Positions 52,120 to 61,170 of a stretch of DNA of 64,000 bases are shown here, one piece after another. The notes under the pieces were generated by a model, which saw nothing but the letters and a program-made list of their open reading frames with translations, did no database searches and had not been told where the DNA came from. A program made the translations under genes and the position numbers. The DNA comes from a virus. Each line of letters begins with the position of its first letter. Position 1 is the first letter of the stretch. The stretch covers positions 16,026 to 80,025 of IMG/VR virus record IMGVR_UViG_3300033153_015023; one strand, written 5' to 3'.

Positions 52120-52530
52120 GTGATTGAATGGATCCAGGTAATAAAAGCGGATATTGCAAGACTGGACAGAATGTCGGCTGCTGAAAAGTTTCGGTATTGG
52201 TGTTTAAAGCTTGTAGATGTACCTTATATATGGGGAGCCGAAAATTTTAACGATTATTCGGATAACCAGGCAACTATGGCCGTTTTTTATGGACAAAATA
52301 AAATGACGCATGTAACGCCGGTAGTCGGTAGATATGTTATATTAGATGCTGTTAATATTAATGATCCGGCAAGATTAAAAACTACTAAAAGCGTGCGGGA
52401 ATGGTATGAGCAAAGAGGATATAAAGCGGAATGGCGGCAAATAGACTGGGATAAAATAAAAGAACTTTCTAAGCTGGATAAGAGTAGCTGGGATGTCGAC
52501 CCTGCATTGAAATTATTGAGAGGTGTATGA
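52120..52530 (+). CDS. NlpC/P60-like protein lacking the catalytic DCSG segment
   Basis: VPYIWGAE and VFY....THV are present; the Cys motif between them is absent. Confidence 0.5.
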   Translation: MIEWIQVIKADIARLDRMSAAEKFRYWCLKLVDVPYIWGAENFNDYSDNQATMAVFYGQNKMTHVTPVVGRYVILDAVNINDPARLKTTKSVREWYEQRGYKAEWRQIDWDKIKELSKLDKSSWDVDPALKLLRGV

Positions 52531-52766
52531 TGAAAGACATTAAAGAAAAAACCGCATGGGAAGTTATAAAAGATATTCCTGCACGCCTACTTAGATTGAT
52601 TTGGAAACTGCTCTCCAGGAAAGGGATTATCTTAGCTCTAACAGTTTGGCTAATAAAAACTAACACATTTCCAGAAGGTTCAGAACCTTATCTTTACGGC
52701 TTTATTGTTTTATTAGTTTTATTTGGTATTGAAGGATTAAAATTTCTTAAAGATTTAAAAAAATGA
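52527..52766 (+). CDS. Holin-like membrane protein, paralog A
   Basis: Two TM helices and a basic tail; VLFGIEGLK. Confidence 0.55.
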   Translation: MMKDIKEKTAWEVIKDIPARLLRLIWKLLSRKGIILALTVWLIKTNTFPEGSEPYLYGFIVLLVLFGIEGLKFLKDLKK

Positions 52767-53272
52767 TAGGAGAAAAAATGAATGATATTAAAAAAGTTTT
52801 GTTTTATATTTTTATTACTATTTGTTTCATCCTTATTATTTTCGCAATCATTAAATATATTAGAAATGAAAAAGAACTTACAGAAGCTATTGAAAAATTG
52901 CAATCAGCAGAAAATAGAATTCACAAAAGAATTGTTATATCTGGTTCAACTAAAATATTTGTTACTGGGTTTAGTTTAGGTGGCGCTATCGCTGTTTTAT
53001 GCGCTATTGATATACAATATAATAATCTTTGTGAGAAGATAATTTGTGTTCCATTGGGTTCCCCTAGAATAGGAAATAAATATTTTGTTGAATCTTGTAA
53101 CAAAAGGTTATCTGATAATCATAGGATAGTTTATGGTAATGATATAGTTACTTATTTACCACCTAAATTATTTGGTTATAAACATGCTGGAAGATATGAA
53201 CGAATTGGAAAAAGGTTTACCTGGTGGAAACATGATGTAGAAAAATATTATATAGAATTAAATAAGAAGTAA
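52763..53272 (+). CDS. Membrane anchor fused to the C-terminal half of a class 3 lipase
   Basis: VTGFSLGGAIA, GSPRIGN, RIV..NDIV..LPP, Y.H.G, terminal His. Confidence 0.75.
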   Translation: MIGEKMNDIKKVLFYIFITICFILIIFAIIKYIRNEKELTEAIEKLQSAENRIHKRIVISGSTKIFVTGFSLGGAIAVLCAIDIQYNNLCEKIICVPLGSPRIGNKYFVESCNKRLSDNHRIVYGNDIVTYLPPKLFGYKHAGRYERIGKRFTWWKHDVEKYYIELNKK

Positions 53273-53276
53273 AAAT

Positions 53277-53537
53277 ATGAATGATCATACAAATAACGTA
53301 GAGATGATTGCAGAAAAACCTATTGCTGATATGACCTATAAAGAAGTATGGAATATCCTGCTAAAACGATTAATAGCTTTACCATCAAAATTAATAGGCT
53401 TCAAACCTTTTTGTATCTATTTAACAACCTGGCTTTTGTTCCATAGCAAAGTTGAAGACTGGGTTTGGTTAATTGTTTTGATAGCAGTTTTGTTCGGCAG
53501 GGAAGGGCTCAAGGCAATTGCAGGGTTGCGAAAGTGA
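53277..53537 (+). CDS. Holin-like membrane protein, paralog B
   Basis: Similar to 52527-52766; VLFGREGLK. Confidence 0.55.
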   Translation: MNDHTNNVEMIAEKPIADMTYKEVWNILLKRLIALPSKLIGFKPFCIYLTTWLLFHSKVEDWVWLIVLIAVLFGREGLKAIAGLRK

Positions 53538-54508
53538 AAACAATACTAAAAAAAATAGGTATAGCAATTCTTAAATTTCTTAAAAAAGAAACGTTATGGA
53601 TAATTGCTATTGCAGGTGCAGTGGTTACGCTGAAAATTATTGTCGCTAAAATAGGTAAAGTAGATAAACCGACAAACTTTGTGAGTAAACCAGGAACTGA
53701 TAATATAATCCAGGTGTTAGATGAAGAAAAGAAAGTATGGGTAGATTTAAAATTATCTAAAAATAAAAAGGCAAAAGATGTTGTTGCCGCTGGACTAGAT
53801 AAAAAGAAAAAATGGGTGGTGGAAATAAAACATGAAAAAATTTATACTGATATTTTTGATGATTAGTGTTTTTGCTTTTGCAGAAATGCCAACAAATGCA
53901 GATATTGAAAAAAAATATATAGAAAATCCAGTAGTAATTTACGATATGATCCGAGCCCTTTACAATGTTGAACACGCTATACCAGAATTATCACCAGTAC
54001 AATATGCAGCATTTATTTTAGGGGATGATTTGATTGTAGCGCCTATTGAACCTTATATGACTATTAAAATAGCTCATTTAAAATATGCGATATCAATTCC
54101 AGAACAGGAATATAAAGATATAATTCCAAGATGTAAATTCCTTTGGTGGATAATTCCTACAGTAGCGGTGGGTGGATTAAGTATAGGATTATTACTACCA
54201 TATATTATAGGAGGTTTAAAATGAGTAGTATAGTCTGGGCATTTATCAATCAACCTCTCCGTATTAGAGCGACCTCAAGCGATTCCTTTAGTGCTGTTAC
54301 TGGAGGCATTAAATATTGGAATCCTGATGAATCTGTATCTGGATTTATAGAAGGTTCTATCAGCGGCTCTGATATGGTGACCGCGACCGCTCCAGCAAAC
54401 ACATTTAATGTGACTGGCGAATGGTCTATAAAATCTAGGATATTGAACGGTGGAAAAGAGTATCTTGGAAAACGAGTACGGTTGCAAATCTATAAGAGAG
54501 AAGAGTAA
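53534..54508 (+). CDS. Three hypothetical genes (53534-53866 TM, 53832-54224 signal peptide + C-terminal TM, 54221-54508)
   Basis: Overlapping ORFs with hydrophobic segments; starts chosen by RBS and overlap. Confidence 0.55.
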
Positions 54509-54648
54509 ATGGATGCTTTTACCATAGATATTGAAAGTGATATTGTACAGCAGGTAGATATATTTGTTGATACAAAACAACAAGTGGATATAGAATCAGA
54601 TATTGTTCAACAGATTAATATGCCTATATTCCATAATAAATAGACCTA

Positions 54649-55128
54649 TTATTCTCTAAACCTATTTTTTATTATATCAGGTTCATAAATTATTAAATTT
54701 TCTTCATGAACAACTTTTGCAAGTACATCATATTTTCCACGTTTTGTAGTAACATATTTCCCATTTATATTATGTGCTGTCTTCACTTCAATTTTTATCA
54801 TTTTTCCATCTACTTCGAGTAGAATATTAAATGGCATTTTTGATCTTACTGGTCTAAAGGGTTCATAACCTTTTTTTATCAAGTCAAGTAAAACAACAAA
54901 TTCACTTGCTTGACTAAGAAGAGATGTGGGAATATTTTTTTGCCATGAAGGGGTTATATCCGATCTCATTTTATTTTTATCTGCTTGGTTGCATTCTTTA
55001 GAACAGTATTTTTGTCGTATTATACCTGTTGAAAAATCACCGCCACAAAACTTACATTGTTTTGTTATTTGCTCTTTTTTCTTATATCTCATATAGTATA
55101 ATATATCCTCGTAATTTGTAAAAATCAA
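54649..55128 (-). mobile_element. Free-standing zinc finger + PD-(D/E)XK homing endonuclease-like gene
   Basis: CKFC..F......QKYCS.EC; SE.....L...GY..F.P.....PFNIL......IEVKT; inverted relative to neighbours. Confidence 0.65.
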
Positions 55129-55241
55129 GGTGATATCAGGACTTTATACAGATAATAGTATATTATCTCATCGAGCTTGTTTTCCAGTTATTTTACGTGT
55201 TATTTGGTATATCTTATTAAATGAGTTACATTCAAAAAAAT

Positions 55242-55271
55242 TAAAGATTTGAGAGATATTTGTGGTATTAT
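55242..55271 (+). promoter_or_regulatory. Promoter-like motif, copy 4 (probably leaderless transcript)
   Basis: TAAAGA-N17-G-TATTAT; ATG follows at 55277 with no RBS. Confidence 0.72.
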
Positions 55272-55276
55272 AATAT

Positions 55277-55882
55277 ATGAAAGACGTTTTATTTATCAGT
55301 CCACATACCGATGATGTAGAGCTTTCTTGTGGTGGGACTATAGCAAGATTTGCAGAAATAGGCATATCTGTTAGAGTATTATGTTTAGCAGATGGAAAAA
55401 ATCTTTATCTGGATATACCTTTATTTGAAGAATTTCGTAATTCTATGAAGGTGCTTGATGTAAAATGGTATCAACTCCAGGAGTTTCCAATTCGTGGTTT
55501 TTCAGAATATCGACAAAAAATTTTAGATTGTTTTATTTTTATCAGAGATTCTCTTTCCCCTGGGGCTGTTTTTATCCCATCACGATATGACACACATCAA
55601 GATCATAAAACAGTTTATCAGGAAGCAATAAGAGCTTTTAAATATTGTAACGTTTATGAATATGAACAACCATGGAACCACTCTATATTTGAACCACAGT
55701 TTTTTGTTTCTCTTCAAAGGAACCATGTAACAAAAAAAATAAACTCTCTTCAATGTTATGCCTCACAAGCCAGCAGACCTTATATGCAAAAAAACCATAT
55801 ACTTTCTCAATTAACATATCGCAGCTTCTTTGCAAAAACATCATGGGCAGAAGTATATCAAATCAGAAGGATTATAATATGA
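55277..55882 (+). CDS. PIG-L/LmbE family N-deacetylase
   Basis: SPHTDDVELSCGGTI, DTHQDH, KINSL.CY.SQ. Confidence 0.9.
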   Translation: MKDVLFISPHTDDVELSCGGTIARFAEIGISVRVLCLADGKNLYLDIPLFEEFRNSMKVLDVKWYQLQEFPIRGFSEYRQKILDCFIFIRDSLSPGAVFIPSRYDTHQDHKTVYQEAIRAFKYCNVYEYEQPWNHSIFEPQFFVSLQRNHVTKKINSLQCYASQASRPYMQKNHILSQLTYRSFFAKTSWAEVYQIRRIII

Positions 55883-56919
55883 AGGTTTTAGTAACTGGTA
55901 TAGGTGCTCCTGGAATAAGAGGAACTATTTATTCAATTCGAAAAGCGTTTCCTGCTGTAGAAATTATCGGTGTGGATATAAAAAAGAATGTTGTTGGAGA
56001 GTGGTTTGTCGATAGATTCTATCAAGTTGCTGAACCGGAGTACTTATCATACATTTACGAACTACAGAAGATTTGTGAAGAGGAAAAAGTAGATGTCCTT
56101 CTTCCTCAATGTACACGAGAATTAATTCCATTGTCGCAGTTTAAAGACGATTGGGAAAAAACAGCAGTTTGTATTTCTTCAACGAGAGCGATAAAGCTGG
56201 CTCTCAACAAGTATGACGTTATACAGGTAGGTAAAAAGGCAGGATTGCCTTGTGTAGAAACGATGTTAGCAACTACTTTTTCAGAGCTAATTCAGACTAC
56301 GGATGCCTTAGGTTATCCAGATAAACCAGTAGTCGTAAAGCTTTTGGATTCGAGTGGATGTAGAGGTGTAAGAATATTGTCCTCTTCCTCTCTTACTTTA
56401 GAGGACTTTGTAGACAAGAAGCCGGATGGTTTGACATGTTCTAGAGAAGCAATAATAAATACATTTGCCAGCGCAGAAGAGGTTCCAACATTATTAGTAA
56501 TGGAATATCTGCCTGGACCAGAGTATACTGTCGATTGTTTTAAAGGAAAGAGTTCTACTGTTATTGTTCCACGTCTTCGAAAGAAGATGGTAAATGGAAT
56601 TTCGTTTGAAGCAAAAGTTGAAGTGAGGAATGATATTATCGAGCAGTCTCGACTGTTATTAGAGGAAATTGGATTGAAGTATGTCTTTGGATTTCAGTTT
56701 AAACTAGATGAAAACAATAAACCTTTTTTACTCGAATCGAATCCTCGTGTACAAGGGTCGATGGTTGCAAGTACTTTTGCAGGAGCGAATGTAATTGAGT
56801 ATGCGATAAGGGAGGTATTAGGAGAAGATGTTAAAGTGTCTCCAGATATTAAAGAGATTGAATTTCAAAGATATTGGGGTGGAGGAAGTGTAGTTGATGA
56901 TAAATACTACGAAATCTGA
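55879..56919 (+). CDS. ATP-grasp ligase
   Basis: VLVTGIGAPG, NKY, VVK....SG.RGV, MEYLPGPEYTVD, LLESNPRVQG. Confidence 0.88.
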   Translation: MKVLVTGIGAPGIRGTIYSIRKAFPAVEIIGVDIKKNVVGEWFVDRFYQVAEPEYLSYIYELQKICEEEKVDVLLPQCTRELIPLSQFKDDWEKTAVCISSTRAIKLALNKYDVIQVGKKAGLPCVETMLATTFSELIQTTDALGYPDKPVVVKLLDSSGCRGVRILSSSSLTLEDFVDKKPDGLTCSREAIINTFASAEEVPTLLVMEYLPGPEYTVDCFKGKSSTVIVPRLRKKMVNGISFEAKVEVRNDIIEQSRLLLEEIGLKYVFGFQFKLDENNKPFLLESNPRVQGSMVASTFAGANVIEYAIREVLGEDVKVSPDIKEIEFQRYWGGGSVVDDKYYEI

Positions 56920-57508
56920 TTTTGATAAAAGATGTTTATTCCATCTACATACTAATTATACTGATGGTGAGATGAATGTTGAAAACTATTTTACTTATGC
57001 TAAGAAATATAATTATACGTCCTTAGTATTTTTAGAACATATCAGAAAACATCCTTCTTATGATACGCAAAAATATATTGCTGAAATCAGGCACCATGAA
57101 AAACGAACAGGGATAAAAGCGTTTGCCGGTTTTGAAGCGTCTCTTCGTAAAGATGGATCACTGGATATATCAGAAAAGGATATTAAGAGATGTGATGTTT
57201 TAGGGATGGCAGAGCATAGACTTCCAAATGAGCTTGGAGGATATCTTCGTGCACTTACAATTGCAATTCAACAGTGGAAAGATATACCACGAGTATGGTT
57301 ACATCCTGGAATGTGGTTTCAAAAAAGAAAGATATTGAATGAGAAGTTTCTGGTGTATAGAAAAATGTTGAATTTAGCAGTAGAAGAAGGGTGGTTGATT
57401 GAACATAATATCAAATATGATTTGATTCCATATAAGATGAAAGGAATCGTTCCATCTAAACATTTAATTACTGGGGTAGATTCTCATAAAATAACTGATT
57501 TATATTAG
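56894..57508 (+). CDS. PHP-domain phosphoesterase
   Basis: HLHTNYTDG, LEH, GFEA, WLHP, GVDSH. Confidence 0.85.
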   Translation: MMINTTKSDFDKRCLFHLHTNYTDGEMNVENYFTYAKKYNYTSLVFLEHIRKHPSYDTQKYIAEIRHHEKRTGIKAFAGFEASLRKDGSLDISEKDIKRCDVLGMAEHRLPNELGGYLRALTIAIQQWKDIPRVWLHPGMWFQKRKILNEKFLVYRKMLNLAVEEGWLIEHNIKYDLIPYKMKGIVPSKHLITGVDSHKITDLY

Positions 57509-57513
57509 AGCAT

Positions 57514-57556
57514 AAAAAAAGAAGAGGCTGCTTTTACACAGCCTCTTCTTGTATTT
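57514..57556. terminator. Terminator between convergent gene blocks, probably bidirectional
   Basis: AAGAAGAGGCTG / CAGCCTCTTCTT stem with an A tract on the left. Confidence 0.88.
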
Positions 57557-57558
57557 AT

Positions 57559-58089
57559 TTATTTTACTACTTGTGGTGCAATTACTGCTGTTACATATTT
57601 ACATTCAAACAAAACTGCTACTTTATCAGGATCACCATAATATACTCTCCATTTATATCCTGTAAGATCAGAAAGATAGGATAGGTTCAGCCTGATATTA
57701 GTTTCCTTAATAAAATCAAATACTTTATTGCTGAATTTACCTATTTCTTTTTTCTTAAGGGAAGCACAGGTAAGATCGAGATCAAAACTTTTGCAATTCT
57801 CTTTTTCAGGGATTACAATTTTCCAGTCTGGAAAGCCTGTTGCTTCTGTTGATGGACTAAGAATAATATCTTTTGTATTTGCAAGTACAATTGTATAATT
57901 TTCAGGGCCCAAATCAGAAAAACCTGGGAAGATATGTAATCGTTTCCCATCAGTACATATCGCTTTTTGATCTTCTATATGAAGAATCTTTAAATGAGAT
58001 CGATACTCCTCTTTAGATGCACGTGCTTTAAGCACGAATGTTAATGGTAAAAAATTACCATTGTCTTTATTGATAACTATTGTATCCAT
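57559..58089 (-). CDS. Truncated DNA polymerase III beta-clamp-like protein A
   Basis: ICTDGKRLH, FPDWKIVIP, LN.SYL.D, AVIAP. Confidence 0.6.
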   Translation of the reverse strand: MDTIVINKDNGNFLPLTFVLKARASKEEYRSHLKILHIEDQKAICTDGKRLHIFPGFSDLGPENYTIVLANTKDIILSPSTEATGFPDWKIVIPEKENCKSFDLDLTCASLKKKEIGKFSNKVFDFIKETNIRLNLSYLSDLTGYKWRVYYGDPDKVAVLFECKYVTAVIAPQVVK

Positions 58090-58330
58090 AGATACCCCCT
58101 ATAAAATATTTTTTATCCGAAAACACTATCCTGACATTCCTGGCAAAGGCCAGAGATCTCATATTCTCTTATAGAAATAGCATCTTTAAAACCAGTAATT
58201 TCCTTTTTGCAGAAAACACATATCTTTGCTTTTTCTGCTTTTGCCTGAGTTGTGTCAAAATTCTTTTTAGTAAAATTATCCAGAAATTCTTGTATCGGTT
58301 TTGATCTTTTCATATATACCCCCTTCTTTC

Positions 58331-58390
58331 AGATCTCATCAGTGCAATTAACAATTGCAGACCAGGGCAAGTATACCCTGGTTTCGATCT
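58331..58390 (-). ncRNA. Type II hammerhead ribozyme
   Basis: AGAUC-GAAA-CCAGGG(loop)CCCUGG-UC-UGCAAUU(loop)AAUUGCA-CUGAUGA-GAUCU: full core and three perfect stems. Confidence 0.93.
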
Positions 58391-58582
58391 TTACCTCACA
58401 AGTTCATATAAAGATTTTTTATCTTCTGTAAAAACATTTAGCATAACAAATTCAGATTCTTCACACAAAGCTTCTGCATAGTTTTGTGCTGCTAAATCAT
58501 CTTTAGCTTCAAATTTTAGATTCCAAGATTTTCTACTTTTAGGACTTTTAAGAAAATATAGCGTGTAAGTCATTTTATACTC

Positions 58583-59200
58583 CTATTCTTTACCTAAAGC
58601 TGGTGCTATAATACAATACATATTTGTTGTATCAAAACAATATGAACTATCAATCCTAACAGATTTATTCACGTGAATTTCTTCCGGCAACTGGATAGAA
58701 AGTTTTTCTGGTTGAAGGAACTTTAGTATGCGCAAATCAATTGTTAATATCTTATTCTGTAATTGAGGATAGTGAACTTCTTTATAATTCAACCGCAAAA
58801 AATCTTTAGAGTCTTCTTCACCTTTATCAAATTGATCACCTACCGTTATTGATATACCCTCTTCTGTAAAACGTGTCCAGACTAAATCTTTCTTTTTTAG
58901 TTTAAAAGCTTTTAATAAAGGGTAAAAATCTTTTGGGATAAATAGTTGATAGTTAGGATTGTTATTATCAATTATGTTACAGATATTAGGCGCTCTTTTA
59001 TCAGCACCACTTTCTATTTTACCAGATTTATCTATTGTTTTAGCGCCTTCGGGAATAGTTTCAACAGTAGATAATAAAATTTTGCCATTGGTATACACGA
59101 TGGGTTTTTCCCTGTCATCAAGAAAAAGCAGGTCTCTATAAGTAGCTGGAATTTTGTTAGCATGTTTTGTAAAAGCTGTTGTGATAATATCTTTTTTCAT
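58583..59200 (-). CDS. Divergent beta-clamp-like protein B
   Basis: VYTNGKILL, APNICNII, IDLRIL, CIIAP; same motif order as protein A. Confidence 0.45.
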   Translation of the reverse strand: MKKDIITTAFTKHANKIPATYRDLLFLDDREKPIVYTNGKILLSTVETIPEGAKTIDKSGKIESGADKRAPNICNIIDNNNPNYQLFIPKDFYPLLKAFKLKKKDLVWTRFTEEGISITVGDQFDKGEEDSKDFLRLNYKEVHYPQLQNKILTIDLRILKFLQPEKLSIQLPEEIHVNKSVRIDSSYCFDTTNMYCIIAPALGKE

Positions 59201-59215
59201 CCCTTCCCCCTATTA

Positions 59216-59245
59216 ATAATACTATAGTTTTAACTAGTTTCTTTA
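59216..59245 (-). promoter_or_regulatory. Promoter-like motif, copy 5
   Basis: Minus strand TAAAGA-AACTAGTTAAAACTATA-G-TATTAT, then RBS and ATG. Confidence 0.75.
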
Positions 59246-60465
59246 CTATTATTTTTTGCCAACCTGTTTAATACTGTAGTTTTAACTCCTTTATAGAGTT
59301 CATGTTTTTTTACTGTTCCTTTTAGATCATAAGATTTTGTAATTTCAAAATTAATCTTAGTTCCACTATAGTAACTTTTAAAGTTGTTGCCATTTTCATC
59401 TTTGAAGGCAATAAGATAGGAACTTCCATAAATACTATCTATTTCTTTTATGAAAAAACAATTTAATTTTAACTCGATTCTATCCCCGATATTTCCAATA
59501 TGTTCAGAAGGTGCAAATTCTTTGTTATCTTCAACTTTTTTTAATTTTGAATCATTATTAACTTTCCAGATGGCGTAACAAACAATTCCAGGGGATTTAA
59601 TATCATCTCTGAGAGTCCCATCTTCAAAGAATAAATTATTTTTAATATTGTGTTCAAAGTCATTTTGAGGAACCATCTTTTCATAGTTATCTATGAGTAA
59701 TTGTTCTTGCCCATTCAGGAAGGCCTTTTTATTAGTAATATTTTTTTCAATATAATTTTTATAATCCTGAATAACTTCTTTGTCATAATAATTAGAAGAT
59801 TTCAAAGCGTCTTTAAGAAGATAAATATCTTTCATTGTATTGTTATCATAATCTTTAAGAGATTTCCAGGAGAGGTTAAACATTTTAGTAACATAAGTAA
59901 GATTAAGAATTAGGCTGCTTAGATCATACATAGGACAATAATTTGATCCTGAAAATTCTCTTTCGATTGTTTCTACAAAAGAAGAGTAAGTTTCTAGAGC
60001 TTTTCTAATATCCAATCCAAACCATTCATCAACACAAGAAGAACCGATAATCTTTATTTCTTTTTTCGCATCTTTAAATATAAAGAACTTAGTTCTGTAT
60101 CTTTTGATATTACAGTGATCACAGGTTAATCTGTCTTTTAATATATTTCCTAATATAATATTTTCATCATGTTTATTATTAAAAATCTCTTTTATCCCAT
60201 TTTTAATAGAAATTATTCCTAGAAAAGTTACTTTCTGTTTTCCTAAAATTTCAGGTTCTGAGATTTCGGATTCACATACTTCTACTTTATATATTTTGTG
60301 ATTAGGGGGGTCAAAAGGATCTATAATATCAGAAGTTCTTTTTTCTATTTTAGAAATTGTAGAAAGAGTTTCAATTTTTTGATTATATTTTGAAAGGCGT
60401 TTATTAAGCTTTTTGAGCTTTTCAAGAAAATCATTTTTCTTTGCTTTATCATATTTAATAATCAT
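59230..60465 (-). CDS. Conserved phage protein with zinc-binding motif and C-terminal OB-fold-like domain
   Basis: CDHC...R.R, IGSSC, SEHIG.IGDR, YG......FKD..GN, GTVK.H..Y.G...T.L.R; ATG 60465 preferred. Confidence 0.6.
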   Translation of the reverse strand: MIIKYDKAKKNDFLEKLKKLNKRLSKYNQKIETLSTISKIEKRTSDIIDPFDPPNHKIYKVEVCESEISEPEILGKQKVTFLGIISIKNGIKEIFNNKHDENIILGNILKDRLTCDHCNIKRYRTKFFIFKDAKKEIKIIGSSCVDEWFGLDIRKALETYSSFVETIEREFSGSNYCPMYDLSSLILNLTYVTKMFNLSWKSLKDYDNNTMKDIYLLKDALKSSNYYDKEVIQDYKNYIEKNITNKKAFLNGQEQLLIDNYEKMVPQNDFEHNIKNNLFFEDGTLRDDIKSPGIVCYAIWKVNNDSKLKKVEDNKEFAPSEHIGNIGDRIELKLNCFFIKEIDSIYGSSYLIAFKDENGNNFKSYYSGTKINFEITKSYDLKGTVKKHELYKGVKTTVLNRLAKNNSKETS

Positions 60466-60475
60466 CTTCTCCCCC

Positions 60476-60649
60476 TTATCCTGGATAACCGGCACTATCG
60501 AGTGAGTCAGATACGGTTTGTTCAACGGTTATGCCGTTATCGTAATTATCCCGATAGCAATAATCCGGTAGATCATTACATGATAGCCCAACTTCCTCTT
60601 CAAGTATGGTATTTATAGCAGATTTAAAATCCTTAAAACTTCTTTTCAT
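60476..60649 (-). CDS. 57-aa acidic protein, paralog A
   Basis: MKRSFKDF...GLSCNDLPDYCYRDNYDNGITV; has RBS; below the ORF-track cutoff. Confidence 0.7.
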   Translation of the reverse strand: MKRSFKDFKSAINTILEEEVGLSCNDLPDYCYRDNYDNGITVEQTVSDSLDSAGYPG

Positions 60650-60664
60650 CCCTTCCCCCTATTA

Positions 60665-60694
60665 ATAATACTATAGTTTTAACTATTTTCTTTA
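60665..60694 (-). promoter_or_regulatory. Promoter-like motif, copy 6
   Basis: Near-identical to copy 5 over about 50 bp including the RBS. Confidence 0.75.
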
Positions 60695-61109
60695 TTATAA
60701 TTAATCTTTTATTTTACCATATTCCATTTTATATTTTTCATTGCAACAAATTTGTGGATAAACAGAATTGATAATATAAAACATGGCAGGTTGTTTAATT
60801 TTGTTAAGCCATTTTTCAGCTTTTTCCATTGAAGTAGTAGTTCTAAGTCTATGTTCTTGTACCATGTTTTTTTCTTTATTATATTTTACTATTACTAGTC
60901 CTATTTTCATTTTTTCTCCTTATAAGTTTTTCGTGATAATCTTGGTACTGCCAGATTTATCATTAAACCAAAACATTAATATATCCCCTTCTTGAGTAAA
61001 GCTCTCTTCAAATGTTTTGTTTTCACAAGGAAATCTACTGCCGTGTTTTTTGATAACTTCATCTATCATAGTTTGTTTGATCTCTTCCAATCTTCAATCC
61101 CCCTATAAT

Positions 61110-61170
61110 TTATTAAGCTTAAAAGCTTTACCTGGGAGCGATCTTATATCGCTCCACAATAAAACCGTTA
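61110..61170 (-). repeat. Intergenic hairpin element, subfamily 1, copy a
   Basis: TAA-CGG-TTTTATTG-[stem-loop]-GGTAAAGCTTTTAAGC-TTAATAAA. Confidence 0.75.

Noticed and set aside
4612-53975. Many short minus-strand and nested ORFs in the track
   Set aside because: They are shadows of well-supported + strand genes, without RBS or motifs.
60485-60532. Inverted repeat ATAACCG/CGGTTAT resembling another intergenic RNA element
   Set aside because: It lies inside the 57-aa ORF 60476-60649, whose paralog supports coding function.
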